Source of the DNA: Psammoneis japonica
Lineage: Eukaryota
DNA length: 50,369 nt
NCBI GenBank assembly: GCA_008632985.1
Contig: QPGO01000061.1
Span: forward strand, 372,001-422,369
Direction of reading: 5' to 3'
How positions within the stretch are numbered: the stretch's first letter is position 1; the number at the start of each line of letters is the position of its first letter. Positions 1 to 11,500 of this stretch are shown here, in pieces. The position numbers and the translations under genes were made by a program. Below the pieces are notes generated by a model, which had not been told where the DNA came from, ran no database searches, and saw nothing but the letters and a program-made list of their open reading frames with translations.

Positions 1-3000
1 CTACGCAAGCCCTCAAGAACTAGCAAGACCAAGCTAACCAGTGATGAAGAAATTGATTTCGCTGTCGAAGCTCGTCAAGATGAGGATCAGTGTCGATGCG
101 TGGCTCCGTTTGCTGAAGACTTTCTCGAGACATTCAACACTGTGATTGAAGGATTAGTTACCGTCGGTATCCTCACCAATGTGGACTCGGCCGATGCCGT
201 GTACGAGTTGGCACCTGTCGATTGTGGCCCTGAAACCTTGTTTCAATCCGTTGTTTCGGTCATCCATACGGGCGATCCAAGCGCAATTACTCAAGGTGAA
301 CTTGTGGCTTTGCAGGATGGCTATCGTGAAACATACAACGAATTGAATGCTTTGAATGGCGAAATTTGCGATATTTTGTTCAGGGTGCTTGAAACTGTTG
401 AGATCGATACGAACCCCAGCGATACACTTTCTCCTACAACACGTCCCACACTACCTCCTACTGGAGGTGGCAGCCCTGTCCCAACCCGTGCTCCAACCCT
501 TCCACCAACGCGCCCGCCAACTTCTGCGCCTACTTTCGCCCCGGCAGGGGGGCGGCGTGTCTTCACGTTTCTTTACAGATGCACAGGCCGATGCAGAGGA
601 TGTTCCTCCCGGTCCAACCTTTTTGATGATGTAAGCGGTCGTCGGTTACTACAAGAATCACTGCCATGGGCGGTAGAACCAAGATTCCTTCAATCAAACA
701 GCACTCTTAATGACACTTGTTTCTGTCCGATTGATGCTGAACTCCGAGCGCCCGGTGAAGTAGAGTTTCAGAGAGAGTTCGAAGATACAATTGAGATACT
801 GCGAGAAAATGGTGTTATTCAGAGTATTGATCCAAACGTCATTGTTGAAGATTTGGTGCCTGCTCCTGTCGTACCCACTCCAATAATCACCCCTGCTCCG
901 AGTCGTTTTTTTACCCCCTTTCCCAGTGCCTTGACGCCAGCCCCGTCTTTTGCAAGCACCCCATCTCCAACAACGGGTACGACTCCAGCTCCGACGGTAG
1001 CAACTACACCCGCTCCTACCTCGGGTACGACTCCAGCTCCTACGGTAGCAACCACGCCCACTCCTACGACGGGTACGACTCCAGCTCCTACGGTAGCCAC
1101 CACACCCGCTCCTACGATGACCACAACTCCAGCTCCGACGGTAGCAACCACACCCGCTCCTACGACGATCACAACTCCAGCTCCGACGGTAGTAACCACA
1201 CCCGCTCCTACGATGACCACAACTCCAGCACCTACGGTAGCAACCACACCCGCTCCTACGACTTCAACAACTGCAGCTCCTACGGTAGTAACCACACCCG
1301 CTCCTACGACCTCGACGACACCAGCTCCTACGGCAGCAACCACACCCGCACCTACGACCTCGACGACTCCAGCTCCGACGGTAGCAACTACACCTGCTCC
1401 TACGACCTCGACGACTCCAGCTCCGACGGTAGCAATTTCACCTGCTCCTACGCCGTCAACGACTCCAGCTCCTACGGTAACAACCACATCTGCTCCTACG
1501 CCTTCGACGACTCCAGCTCCTACGCCGTCACTGACACCTGCTCCAACCCCGAGTCCGACTTCCTCTCCATCGCTGACACCAAGTCCATCTCCAGCGCCTC
1601 CACCGTCGCCTGCTCCGTCTCCGACTCCGATTCCTACGCCAGCGCCTACGCCGTCACCGACAACTGCTCCAACCCCCATTCCGACTCCCTCTCCATCACC
1701 TACCTTATCGCCAACACAATCGCCAGCCCCCTCCACAAGCCAATCTCCGTCACTTCCTCCTGATGAACAAAATGATCTTGTGACTTGTGTGTCCGTCATT
1801 GATGAATCAGACGTTCCGGATGTGACAATCACGCTGAAATGGGCCGAGCTGAGGCAGGCTTTTCCAGACCGTCCATTATGTCTTTTACAACCTAACCTCC
1901 CTGAGCCTGGCCCTTTCGGGGATGACCTCTTCCGTCCAATTGATTTTCAAAATGACCCTAAGGTTATCGATGAAGAAGTTTTTCGGGATGAGGGAGTTCC
2001 TCCGTCTTCTGATTGGTTTGGTCTCTGCGGACTGGACGGCCAGCGTCAGATGGGTATTACAAATGTTGCTCTCTTCGTCGACAACTCTGGGAGCATGGAC
2101 AATTCGACCGTCCAGCTGTCTTTGGATCAGTTCATCGCCAACGTGGCTTCAGCTGGCATGAAGATTGTCACCGGAGACTTCAATAACAATGAGGATTGGA
2201 TTGATCCATGCTTGACGACCTCTTTAATCTCCCCGTCGGCAGTTCCCTCCGCAACTCCAACTGTAGCCCCAACTCCAATAGTACTTCCAACTCAATTTCC
2301 AACTATGTCACCGTTTCCTACTAAAACCCCTACTCCATGGCCAACCGTATCGCTACTTCCTTCTATGGAACCAACCACGATTATGGCTCCAACAGTTCCA
2401 CTTTTGCCCGACGGCCCCTGGCGACCAGTGGGAGATATCTTGAATGGAACTGATGATGAAGATTTTTTTGGATCCTCCGTTTCGATTTCAAGAGATGGAA
2501 ACATAATGGCGGTGGGCGCACTGGAGGCTGCTTTTGGGCCCAACATAGGCCCCGGTTATGTTGTGGTGCATCGATTTGATGAATCATCCAATGAGTGGAC
2601 ACAGCTGGGTCAAGTTTTGACAGGTGATGCTGATAGAGATCGTTTTGGTCGGTCCGTGGCTTTGAATGGCAACGGCACTGTTATCGCCATTGGACTTCCA
2701 GGCTCAGCCACTTATTCCGTTCGAGTCTTTGAATTAAATTTGAACGATCAATGGGATCAACGTGGGAACGAAATTCTTGGGGACTCTGAGATTTTTCCTG
2801 GGGACTCTGAGATTTTTCTTGGCATGTCCGTTTCGTTGTCTGAAGACGGAGATGTTGTTGCCGTTGGGGCGGATATTGGCGACATTGTTCGGATCTTTCA
2901 GTACACCAGCGCAACCGGGTGGGGCCAACTGGGAAATGACATATCAGAGGGTGCCCAGTTTGGTTCCGCTTTTGGAATGTCAGTGTCATTAAATAGCTTG

Positions 3001-6000
3001 GGAAACATCGTTTGCATTGGCGCTCCTTTCTACGAAGATGCAGGCAATGAAGTCGGTGCGGTATTTGTGTTTGAATACAATGGTACATCATGGGAATCTC
3101 TAGGCGATCCAAATCCCATTCTAGGAAACTCCACGGGGCGTCTATTTGACTTTGGGTCATCTGTGTCTCTCGATAGCGATGGCCGGGTCTTTGCGGCTGC
3201 CGGCAACGGCGCTGCTGTTGTATATTCTTATTCAATTGTGACATCGCAATGGACACGTGTTCTATATTATACTGAAGCTACTCTGTTTCCGTTTACGTAT
3301 GGTCCGACGGTGTCTTTAAGTGGAAATGGAAATGTCGTTGCAGTCGGCAGCGCTGGATCGAATAACACGGGTCAAGCTTCAATATTCCAATACGACGAAA
3401 GTATAACAGAGTGGGATTTAATCGGAGATCCTATAAATGGGACAAATTCATTTGACAGCTTTGGAAGGTCCATTGCTTTGTCGGAGGACGGAAGCATCAT
3501 TGGTGCTGGCGCATGGCTAAGGGATGCCAATGGCTTGGCTGACTCCGGCTCTGCATATGTATTCACGGTTAATCCGGCACCTACAACACCTGCTCCTAGG
3601 CCGGAGCCGACGCCTGCACCTACACCTTCTTCTACGCCGGAACCGACGCCGTTACTGACACCTGCTCCAACCCCGAGTCCGACTCCCTCTCCATTGCCGA
3701 CCCCGAGTCCAACTCCAGCGCCTACACCGCCACTCACACCTCCTCCAACCCCGAGTCTGACTCCCTCTTCATCGCCGGCGCCGAGTCCAATTCCAGCGAT
3801 TACACCACCACTCACACTTTCTCCAACCCCTTCTCCGACTGCTCCCTTTCCAACCCCTTCTCCCACTACTGCCTCACCAACAACAACCCCTCCGACTACC
3901 CCCCCTCCAACAACTCCTCCGACGCCATTACCATCACAATCGCCGACGACTCCAGCTCCGGTAGTAACAACGACACCCGCTCCTACGCCGGCGACGACTC
4001 AACCTCCTGCGCCGTTACCGACACCTGCTCCAACCCTGAGTCCGACTCCCTCTCCATCACCGACCCCGAGTCCAACGTTAGTGCCTACACCGCTACTCAC
4101 AACTCCTATAACCCCGAGTCCGACTCCCGCTCCATCGCCGACCCCGAGTCCAACTTCAATGCCTACACCGCCACTCACACCTTCTCCAACCCCGAGTCCG
4201 ACTGCTCCCTTTCCAACCCATTCTCCGACAACCCCCTCTCCAACAACAACCCCTCCGACTACTCCCTTTCCAACCCCTTTTCCGACTGCTGCCTCTCCAA
4301 CAACAACCCCTCCGACTACTCCCTTTCCAACCCCTTTTCCGACTACTGCCTCTCCAACAACAACCCCTCCGACGCCATTGCCACCACAATCGTCAGCGCC
4401 ATCTACGAGCCCAAGCCAAGTTCCTTCACAATCACTGGCGCCATCTACAAGCCCAAGCCAAGTTCCAACCCCTTCTCCGACTACTGCCTCTCCAACAACA
4501 GCACCTCCGACTACTACCTTTCCAACCCCTTTTCCGAGTACTTCCTCTCCAACAACAACCTCTCCGACTACCCCCCCTCCAACTACAGGCTCTCCGACTC
4601 CATTACCATCACAGTCGTCAGCGCCATCTACGAGCCCAAGCCAAGTTCCGTCACAGTCGTCAGCGCCATCTACAAGCCCAAGCCAAGTTCCAGCCCCTTC
4701 TCCGACTACTGCCTCTCCAACAACAGCCCCTCCGACTACTCCCTTTCCAACCCCTTTTCCGACTACTCCCTTTCCAACCCTTTTTCCGACTACTCCCTTT
4801 CCAACCCCTTTTCCGACTACCCCTCCTCCAACAACAGCCCCTCCGACGCTATTGCCACCACAATCGTCAGCGCCATCTACGAGCCCAAGCCAAGTTCCGT
4901 CACAATCACTGGCGCCATCTACAAGCCCAAGCCAAGTTCCAACCCCTTCTCCGACTACTGCCTCTCCAACAACAGCACCTCCGACTACTACCTTTCCAAC
5001 CCCTTTTCCGACTACTGCCTCTCCAACAACAACCCCTCCGACTACCCCACCTCCATCTACAGCCCCTCCGACTCCATTGCCATCACAATCGTCAGCGCCA
5101 TCTACGATCCCAAGCCAAGTTCCGTCACAGTCGCCAGCGCCATCTACAAGCCCAAGCCAAGTTCCAACCCCTTTTCCGACTACTGCCTCTCCAACAACAA
5201 CCCCTCCGACTACCCCCCCTCCAACTACAGGCCCTCCGACTCAATTTCCATCACAGTCGTCAGCGCCATCTACGAGCCCAAGCCAAGTTCCGTCACAATC
5301 GCTAGCGCCATCTACAAGCCCAAGCCAAGTTCCAACCCCTTCTCCGACCACTGCTTCTCCAACAACAGCCCCTCCAACGCCATTACCATCACAATCGCCA
5401 AGCCAAGCTCCGACATCTTCATTGTCCCCATCGGCAGCTCCCTCTGCAACTCCATCTGTGGCTCCAACTCCAATTCCACTCTTGCCCAACGGTCCCTGGC
5501 GACCAGTGGGAGATCTCTTGAATGGCACTCTTCAAGGAGACAATTTCGGCTACTCCATTTCTATTTCAAGAGATGGAAACACAATGGCTGCCGGCGCTCC
5601 GCAAAAAGATTTTGATCTGCGAGGCTATGTTGTGGTTTATCGATTTAATGAATCAGCCAATGAATGGACACAACTTGGTCAAGTGTTGACCGGTGATGTT
5701 GATGGAAATGATTTTGGTCAATCCGTGGCTTTGAATGGTAACGGCGATGTTGTTGCCGTTGGAGCAACAGGCAATGGTGAGTTTGTTCGAGTCTTTGAAT
5801 TAAATTCGAATGACCATTGGGATCAACGCGGGAGCAACATTACTGGGGACTCTGGAAATTCTTTTGGCTTTTCCGTGTCGTTGTCAGATGATGGAGATAT
5901 TGTTGCCGTTGGAACAGCATCAGGAAACGTTGTTCGGGTCTTTCAGTACACCAGCGCAACCGGGTGGGATCAACTGGGAAATGACATATCAGAGGCTTAT

Positions 6001-6627
6001 AATTCGGGTTCCACTTTTGGGAGATCCGTGTCATTAAATAGCTTGGGAAGCATTGTTTGCATCGGCGCTCCTTCCTACGAAGACGAGTACGATTGCTGTG
6101 ATTATGAACACGGCGCGGTATTTGTACTTGAATACAACGGCGCATCATGGGAATTTCTTGGCAATCCAAATCCCATTGTAGGAGACTCCACGGGGCCCCT
6201 GTCGGAACTTGGGTCATCTGTTTCTCTCGATAGCAATGGCCGGGTCTTGGCTGCTGCCGCCTCAGGCGCTGCTGTTGTATATTTCTATTCAAGTGTGACA
6301 TCGCAATGGACTCTTGTTCTATATGCTGAAGGTACTGGATTTTTGGATGGCCCGACGGTGTCTATAAGTGGAAATGGAAATGTCGTTGCCGTGGGCAGCG
6401 CCGGATCGAATAACACGGGTCAAGTTTCAACATTCCAATACGACGAAAGTACAACAGGGTGGGATTTTATCGGAGATCCTATAAATGGGACAAGTCCATC
6501 TGACAAATTTGGAGGATCCATTTCATTGTCGGAGGACGGAAGCATCGTTGGCGTTGGCGCATGGGGGAGGGATGCCAATGGCTTGGCTGGCTCTGGCTCT
6601 GCGTATGTATTCACCGTTAACCTGTAG
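1..6627 (+). CDS. Secreted mucin-like surface/adhesive protein A (5'-truncated by window): N-terminal Cys domain, T/P stalk, vWA-like MIDAS module, FG-GAP propeller, second T/P/S stalk, second FG-GAP propeller
   Basis: Frame is open from base 1 (LRKPSRTSK...), matching paralogs B and C. TTPAPT repeats ~960-1750; [11 protein letters not shown] (DxSxS) ~2065-2100; repeated FG-x-SVSLSxDG-x-VAVGA blades at ~2420-3570 and ~5500-6624; stop TAG at 6625-6627; no C-terminal TM segment seen. Confidence 0.85.
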   Translation, partial: LRKPSRTSKTKLTSDEEIDFAVEARQDEDQCRCVAPFAEDFLETFNTVIEGLVTVGILTNVDSADAVYELAPVDCGPETLFQSVVSVIHTGDPSAITQGELVALQDGYRETYNELNALNGEICDILFRVLETVEIDTNPSDTLSPTTRPTLPPTGGGSPVPTRAPTLPPTRPPTSAPTFAPAGGRRVFTFLYRCTGRCRGCSSRSNLFDDVSGRRLLQESLPWAVEPRFLQSNSTLNDTCFCPIDAELRAPGEVEFQREFEDTIEILRENGVIQSIDPNVIVEDLVPAPVVPTPIITPAPSRFFTPFPSALTPAPSFASTPSPTTGTTPAPTVATTPAPTSGTTPAPTVATTPTPTTGTTPAPTVATTPAPTMTTTPAPTVATTPAPTTITTPAPTVVTTPAPTMTTTPAPTVATTPAPTTSTTAAPTVVTTPAPTTSTTPAPTAATTPAPTTSTTPAPTVATTPAPTTSTTPAPTVAISPAPTPSTTPAPTVTTTSAPTPSTTPAPTPSLTPAPTPSPTSSPSLTPSPSPAPPPSPAPSPTPIPTPAPTPSPTTAPTPIPTPSPSPTLSPTQSPAPSTSQSPSLPPDEQNDLVTCVSVIDESDVPDVTITLKWAELRQAFPDRPLCLLQPNLPEPGPFGDDLFRPIDFQNDPKVIDEEVFRDEGVPPSSDWFGLCGLDGQRQMGITNVALFVDNSGSMDNSTVQLSLDQFIANVASAGMKIVTGDFNNNEDWIDPCLTTSLISPSAVPSATPTVAPTPIVLPTQFPTMSPFPTKTPTPWPTVSLLPSMEPTTIMAPTVPLLPDGPWRPVGDILNGTDDEDFFGSSVSISRDGNIMAVGALEAAFGPNIGPGYVVVHRFDESSNEWTQLGQVLTGDADRDRFGRSVALNGNGTVIAIGLPGSATYSVRVFELNLNDQWDQRGNEILGDSEIFPGDSEIFLGMSVSLSEDGDVVAVGADIGDIVRIFQYTSATGWGQLGNDISEGAQFGSAFGMSVSLNSLGNIVCIGAPFYEDAGNEVGAVFVFEYNGTSWESLGDPNPILGNSTGRLFDFGSSVSLDSDGRVFAAAGNGAAVVYSYSIVTSQWTRVLYYTEATLFPFTYGPTVSLSGNGNVVAVGSAGSNNTGQASIFQYDESITEWDLIGDPINGTNSFDSFGRSIALSEDGSIIGAGAWLRDANGLADSGSAYVFTVNPAPTTPAPRPEPTPAPTPSSTPEPTPLLTPAPTPSPTPSPLPTPSPTPAPTPPLTPPPTPSLTPSSSPAPSPIPAITPPLTLSPTPSPTAPFPTPSPTTASPTTTPPTTPPPTTPPTPLPSQSPTTPAPVVTTTPAPTPATTQPPAPLPTPAPTLSPTPSPSPTPSPTLVPTPLLTTPITPSPTPAPSPTPSPTSMPTPPLTPSPTPSPTAPFPTHSPTTPSPTTTPPTTPFPTPFPTAASPTTTPPTTPFPTPFPTTASPTTTPPTPLPPQSSAPSTSPSQVPSQSLAPSTSPSQVPTPSPTTASPTTAPPTTTFPTPFPSTSSPTTTSPTTPPPTTGSPTPLPSQSSAPSTSPSQVPSQSSAPSTSPSQVPAPSPTTASPTTAPPTTPFPTPFPTTPFPTLFPTTPFPTPFPTTPPPTTAPPTLLPPQSSAPSTSPSQVPSQSLAPSTSPSQVPTPSPTTASPTTAPPTTTFPTPFPTTASPTTTPPTTPPPSTAPPTPLPSQSSAPSTIPSQVPSQSPAPSTSPSQVPTPFPTTASPTTTPPTTPPPTTGPPTQFPSQSSAPSTSPSQVPSQSLAPSTSPSQVPTPSPTTASPTTAPPTPLPSQSPSQAPTSSLSPSAAPSATPSVAPTPIPLLPNGPWRPVGDLLNGTLQGDNFGYSISISRDGNTMAAGAPQKDFDLRGYVVVYRFNESANEWTQLGQVLTGDVDGNDFGQSVALNGNGDVVAVGATGNGEFVRVFELNSNDHWDQRGSNITGDSGNSFGFSVSLSDDGDIVAVGTASGNVVRVFQYTSATGWDQLGNDISEAYNSGSTFGRSVSLNSLGSIVCIGAPSYEDEYDCCDYEHGAVFVLEYNGASWEFLGNPNPIVGDSTGPLSELGSSVSLDSNGRVLAAAASGAAVVYFYSSVTSQWTLVLYAEGTGFLDGPTVSISGNGNVVAVGSAGSNNTGQVSTFQYDESTTGWDFIGDPINGTSPSDKFGGSISLSEDGSIVGVGAWGRDANGLAGSGSAYVFTVNL
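955..1750 (+). repeat. Coding minisatellite: 24-bp (8-aa TTPAPTxx) units alternating as 48-bp dimers
   Basis: Repeated actccagctcc(t/g)acggtagcaaccacacccgctcctacg. The same array is at ~10200-11100 and ~26940-27840. Confidence 0.9.
3574..5480 (+). repeat. Second Pro/Thr/Ser coding repeat region with higher-order units ([13 protein letters not shown] / TTPFPTPFP)
   Basis: ccaccacaatcgtcagcgccatctacgagcccaagccaagttcc recurs at ~4381 and ~4855, with related copies at ~4610, ~5085 and ~5250. Confidence 0.85.
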
Positions 6628-6719
6628 TGGCTAATCTTGTGTCTAGTATAGTATATATTCAAGGGTCGCTTGTTGTGCTTTTGTCATTCAACGTAATCGC
6701 CGCAATAAGCACAAAAGCC

Positions 6720-7400
6720 GGGTCGTGGTTGACAACGGCACAGAGTGGAATCGACCAATAGATAGGTCATTGACGGACAATCAGATTCCATCTCTTTTGG
6801 ATGTATGTACTGTTTCTTTGAACAAGGTCTGGTATTTGCTGTTTGTATCCATATATTGGCGTGAAGTTGTACGACAATTCATTCGGCAGCAACAAGTTGG
6901 CCAAGCCGCCGTGTATGAATACAATGTGACACCGCATGGGAAAGTTTAGGCAATCCAATCAAAAGCAGTATTCCGGGCGGCGTTAACATTGGTGGCAGTT
7001 TTTGGAAATTTTGTTTCACTCCATGGTGGTGGCTTGTTCATGGCTGTTGGTTCTTCAAATGATGAGTAGGCATTTGTGTACTACTATTCCGACTTGGCAA
7101 TGCATTGGATATAAGTAGTTGGTCAGACTTTGTTGAAACTGAGCAACCATACGCAACGGCTTTGGTGAAGCGGTGTCTTTTGTAAGTGGCAATGGAAATG
7201 TCGTTAGGGTATATCGCCAGCTCCCACTTTCACAATGTCGCTGGATTGTTTGGTGACGCGGGTCAAGTAGTCATATTCCAATAGGATGCAAGTGCAGAAT
7301 TGTGGAAGAAAGTGGGCGATCCAGTAAATGGTAACGCTGACTATAGGGTCGTTTGGTGGGTTTGGAAGGTCTGTCGCCTTATCGGAGAACGCAAGGGTGT
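6720..7400 (+). pseudogene. Decayed FG-GAP propeller remnant downstream of gene A
   Basis: Frameshifted fragments [26 protein letters not shown] and KKVGDPVNG resemble the blades of genes A and C. Confidence 0.65.
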
Positions 7401-7814
7401 TTGTCGCGCACCGGTATGCGTACACACCGTCAATGAGAGGATGTTATGGTGTTCGACATTGCAAATGCAAACACCCCGCCACCAAACCGGAAAACACCAC
7501 AACACAAACCGGTAGCGAGCTTATTAAAATGCCTTCACAATACAAATCAAAACTCACATCCGGTAACAATCGAATAAAGAATAAAGACATTTTGTCGTTC
7601 CAAACGAAGGTTCGGGTGTCGCTTCCGATAACGAATCGGGATGACGAATGCCCGTATGTGAAGCAAACTAACAACCGCTTTCCAAGTCCCCCACTGAAAA
7701 GAAGAAAAGCGGCAGTGACGACAACATGATCATGCGATGAGAAATGAAAAAATCTGTGCAAAAAATCAAAAAGTACATACTGTATCCGGTCCTGAATAGA
7801 ATTGATCGGATGCA

Positions 7815-7822
7815 TGACGTCA
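7815..7822. promoter_or_regulatory. TGACGTCA (CRE/bZIP-type palindrome) upstream of gene B, conserved upstream of gene C at 24614-24621
   Basis: Perfect palindrome retained in both diverged promoter copies, ~0.7-0.8 kb upstream of the ATG. Confidence 0.35.
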
Positions 7823-8588
7823 CATTTCCCACGCATCAGCCGGAAGAAAAGCCATTGTGGCGCATCTTGGATCGACGCAATGCCCCAATTGCTCAATTCC
7901 GCGGACGCATCGCAACAACACCGACACGACCCATTGGCAGCATGCCCATGTGATGGGCAAAGTGCATCCGTAAGCTCTTGCGTGTCTTGCATTCACAGCA
8001 TATTGTCATGGTTTGTTTGGCATGAAATCAGACGTCAACGCGTGAACGGTCATTCAACAGTGCCCGATGGGGCAATTAGTACGAGCAGGGCCCACTTCGC
8101 ACAGTATTCGGGTACAAAGATTAGAATGGAAACCAAATATTCGAGTACGAATATCATAATTCACGTGGGATCATCAATTTTTTTGGTCGACCGACCGTTG
8201 TACCGTTGAGCTCACATTTTTTCCAGTTGCGGACCTCACATTTTGCTACATCGAGCAACAACAGGACGATGCGATACGAGCTTGCATAAGAGCAAAACGC
8301 ATGATTCCTACAATTTTTATCAAATCCAAATCTTCAAGGAATTAGAATTGGAATCGGAGTGTCGTTAAATGGAAATTTCAATTCCAACCACCGACAAAAA
8401 AGGATGATGTGCGGTGCACAAAGCACACAACCGCGTCTTGTGAGAGTTTTGTGTATCATTTCGTCACGTTACACGGAATGAACTTGGAAACAAACACAAG
8501 CATCAGTGTATGATTGTTGAACAATAGAACAACAACAAACAAAAGCGATACGCACCGGTCTCGTTCAACCGCGTCCGAATACAAGATC

Positions 8589-11500
8589 ATGAACATCAAG
8601 TCCCTCCCTTCGTTGCGGCGACTGCTTCCCGTTTTTGCCCTATTCTGGACATACCAACGCTTGCCAGTTGCAGACGCATCCTCTAATATCTTCCTCCGAC
8701 AACAGAATCGACAAGCCAATCTGTGCGACAATGCGACCGAACAAGTACTCGAGATTCTCGTCTTGGTGGAGCACACGGGTGAGCCACTCAACGTGACAGA
8801 CGCAGAGCTCGATGCTCTTGAAGACGCCTTTGCCACGACCTACAATCAGACCGCTAGAGACTCATGCGGCAACGATGGCGGCTTTCGAGTCATTGACAGT
8901 GTAGCCATTGAAAGAGAAGTCACTTCTGGACTTACCGTTGGAGGAAACGCCACACGTCGAGTTGCAACAACGAGGCAAACGGATGATATTCGTGTTGAGT
9001 TTACGTACCTCTACCGAGTTTCCCTACGCTGCCTTGGTTGTACCAGCGATTCAAGGCTTTTTTCCACAGTTCAAAATGGGACTAGAAGGGAAATGGAAAT
9101 ACTCAACGACAATGTCGCCGGCAGCCAAGAGAAGGGGCAAGAACTTCCAGCACAAAAAAGAGGAGTGAAGGGACTGAGGCCGGACAGATCTTTAATGCTT
9201 ACCAAGAAGAGTCCTGAAGAAGACCCCAAGGCCGGCATGATAAAGCTACGCAAGCCCTCAAGAAGCAAGAACAAGCTTGTCATTGACGAAGAAATTGATT
9301 TCGCTGTCGAAGCTCGTCAAGATGAGGATCAGTGTCTTTGTGTGGCTCCTTTTGCCGACGAGTTTCTCGATACGTTCAACACAGTTATTGAAGGATTAGT
9401 TACGGTCGGTATCCTCACCAATGTGGACTCGGCCGATGCCGTTTACGAGTTGGCGCCTGTCGACTGTGGCCCTGAAACCCTGTTTCAATCCGTTGTTTCG
9501 GTGACACATACCGGCGATCCAAGTGCAATTACTCAAGGTGAAATTGTGGCTTTGCAGGATGGCTATCGTGAAACGTACAACGACTTGAATGCTTTGAATG
9601 GCGAAATTTGCGATCTTTTGTTCAGGGTGCTTGAAACTGTTGAAATCGATCCGAACCTCAGCGATACAATTTCTCCTACAACGCCGCCCACACCACCTCC
9701 TGCTGGAGGTGGCAGCCCTGTCCCAACTCGTGCACCGACTCTTCCACCCACCCGTCCACCAACTTCTGCTCCTACATTCTCCCCAGCAGGAGGACGTCGT
9801 GTCTTCTCGTTTCTTTACAGAAGTACAGGTAAATGTAGAGGATGTTCCTCCCGATCCAACCTTTTTGATGATGTTAGCGGTCGGCGGGTACTACAAGAAT
9901 CACTGCCATGGACTGAAGAACCAAGATTCCTTCAGACAAACAGTACTCTTAATGACACTTGTTTCTGTCCGATTGATGCTGAGCTCCGAGCGCCTGGTGA
10001 AGTAGAGTTTCAGAGAGAGTTCGAAGAGACAATTGAGATATTGAGGGAAAGGGGTGTCATTCAGAGTGTTGATCCGAATGTCATTGTTGAAGATTTGGTG
10101 CCTGCTCCTGTCGTACCCACTCCAATGATCACCCCTGCTCCAAGTCGGTTTTTTACCCCCTTTCCCAGTGCCGTGACCCCAGCCCCTTCTATTGCAAGCA
10201 CCCCATCTCCAACAACGGGTACGACTCCAGCTCCCACGGTAGCTACCACACCCGCTCCTACGACGGGTACGACTCCAGCTCCTACGGTAGCTACCACACC
10301 CGCTCCTACGACGGCGACAACGCCAGCTCCGACGGTAGCAACCACGCCCGCTCCTACAACTTCAACGACTCCAGCTCCAACGGTAGCAACCACACCCGCT
10401 CCTACTACGGGTACAACTCCAGCTCCGACGATAGCTACCACACCCGCTCCTACGACGGGTACGACTCCAGCTCCGACGGTAGCTGCCACACCCGCTCCTA
10501 CGACGGCAACGACCCCAGCTCCTACGGCAGCAACTACACCAGCCCCTACGATCTCGACGACTCCAGCTCCTACGGTAGCAACCACACCCGCTCCTACAAC
10601 GAGTATGACTCCAGCTCCGACGATAGCTGCCACACCCGCTCCTACAACGGGTACGACTCAAGCTCCGACGGTAGCTACCACACCCGCTCCTACGACCTCG
10701 ACGACGCCAGTTCCTACGGTTGCAACCACACCCGCTCCTACGACGGGTACGACTCCAGCTCCGACGGTAGCGACCACACCCGCTCCTACGACTTCAACGA
10801 CTCCAGCTCCCACAGTAGCAACCACACCCGCTCCTACGACGGCGACTACTCCAGCTCCTACGGTAGCAACCACACCTGCTCCTACGCCGTCGTCTACTCC
10901 AGCTCCTACGGTTGCAACAACACCTGTTCCTACGCCGTCACTGGCACCTGTTCTAACATCGAGTCCAACGCCAGCGCCTACGCCTTCGCTGGCACCTGTT
11001 CCAACCCCGAGTCCAACGCCGTCACTGGCACCTGTTCTAACCCCGAGTCCAACGCCAGCGCCTACGCCGTCACTGACACCTCCTCCAACCCCGAGTCCAA
11101 CGCCACTAGCAACATACACCACCAACGATGATTTCGCTCGAGGCACGCTAGTCAACGTCAATTTTGTTGACACACCAAATCAGCTTCAACTAGATAGTGA
11201 GTCGGTCCCTTTCAACTTCATCTGGATTGCCAATTCAAACCGCGGTACCGTTGTCAAAGTGGACACCAACACAGGAGAAATCAAGGGTGAATATCGGACT
11301 TCACCACAGAATCAGGGGCTTGGAAATCCATCCCGAACTACAGTGGACAATGACGGTAGTGTCTGGTTAGCTAACCGCAATGACATTGGACCAAATGGGT
11401 TTGGTACGGTCATTCATATTGGTTTGGAAGAGAGCAACCAGTGCGAAGATCGGAATCTCAATGGAGTGATTGACACGTCCACAGGACTTGGCAATATTCT

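Larger units (their letters stand above)
6628..8588 (+). repeat. Intergenic unit (3' flank + propeller remnant + promoter) duplicated at ~23507-25327
   Basis: Colinear shared blocks: gtggctaatc..gtctag, cgtacaccgtcaatga, gggatgacgaatgcccgtatg, gcatgacgtcac, atcttcaaggaattagaattgga, gaacttggaaacaaacacaagcatcagtgta. Confidence 0.85.

Noticed and set aside
100..102. ORF-track starts at 100, 8514 and 25250
   Set aside because: Non-ATG starts. Gene A is open from base 1, and B and C begin at homologous ATGs 8589 and 25328 before a signal-like peptide.
265..285. HTGDPS as the diatom adhesive GDPH domain
   Set aside because: No His after GDP, and the surrounding sequence does not resemble the vWD-like GDPH context as I recall it.
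955..1750. CRISPR-like array in the periodic repeats
   Set aside because: Repeats are in-frame coding units with no unique spacers; no cas genes; eukaryotic context.
819..1832. Long antisense Gly/Val/Ala ORFs (also 3372-3866, 10061-11173, 26803-27864)
   Set aside because: Mirror frames of the Thr/Pro coding repeats, which lack stops on the reverse strand.
2779..2820. 21-bp tandem duplication ([14 protein letters not shown]) in gene A propeller 1
   Set aside because: Real but a simple in-frame slippage event in a loop.
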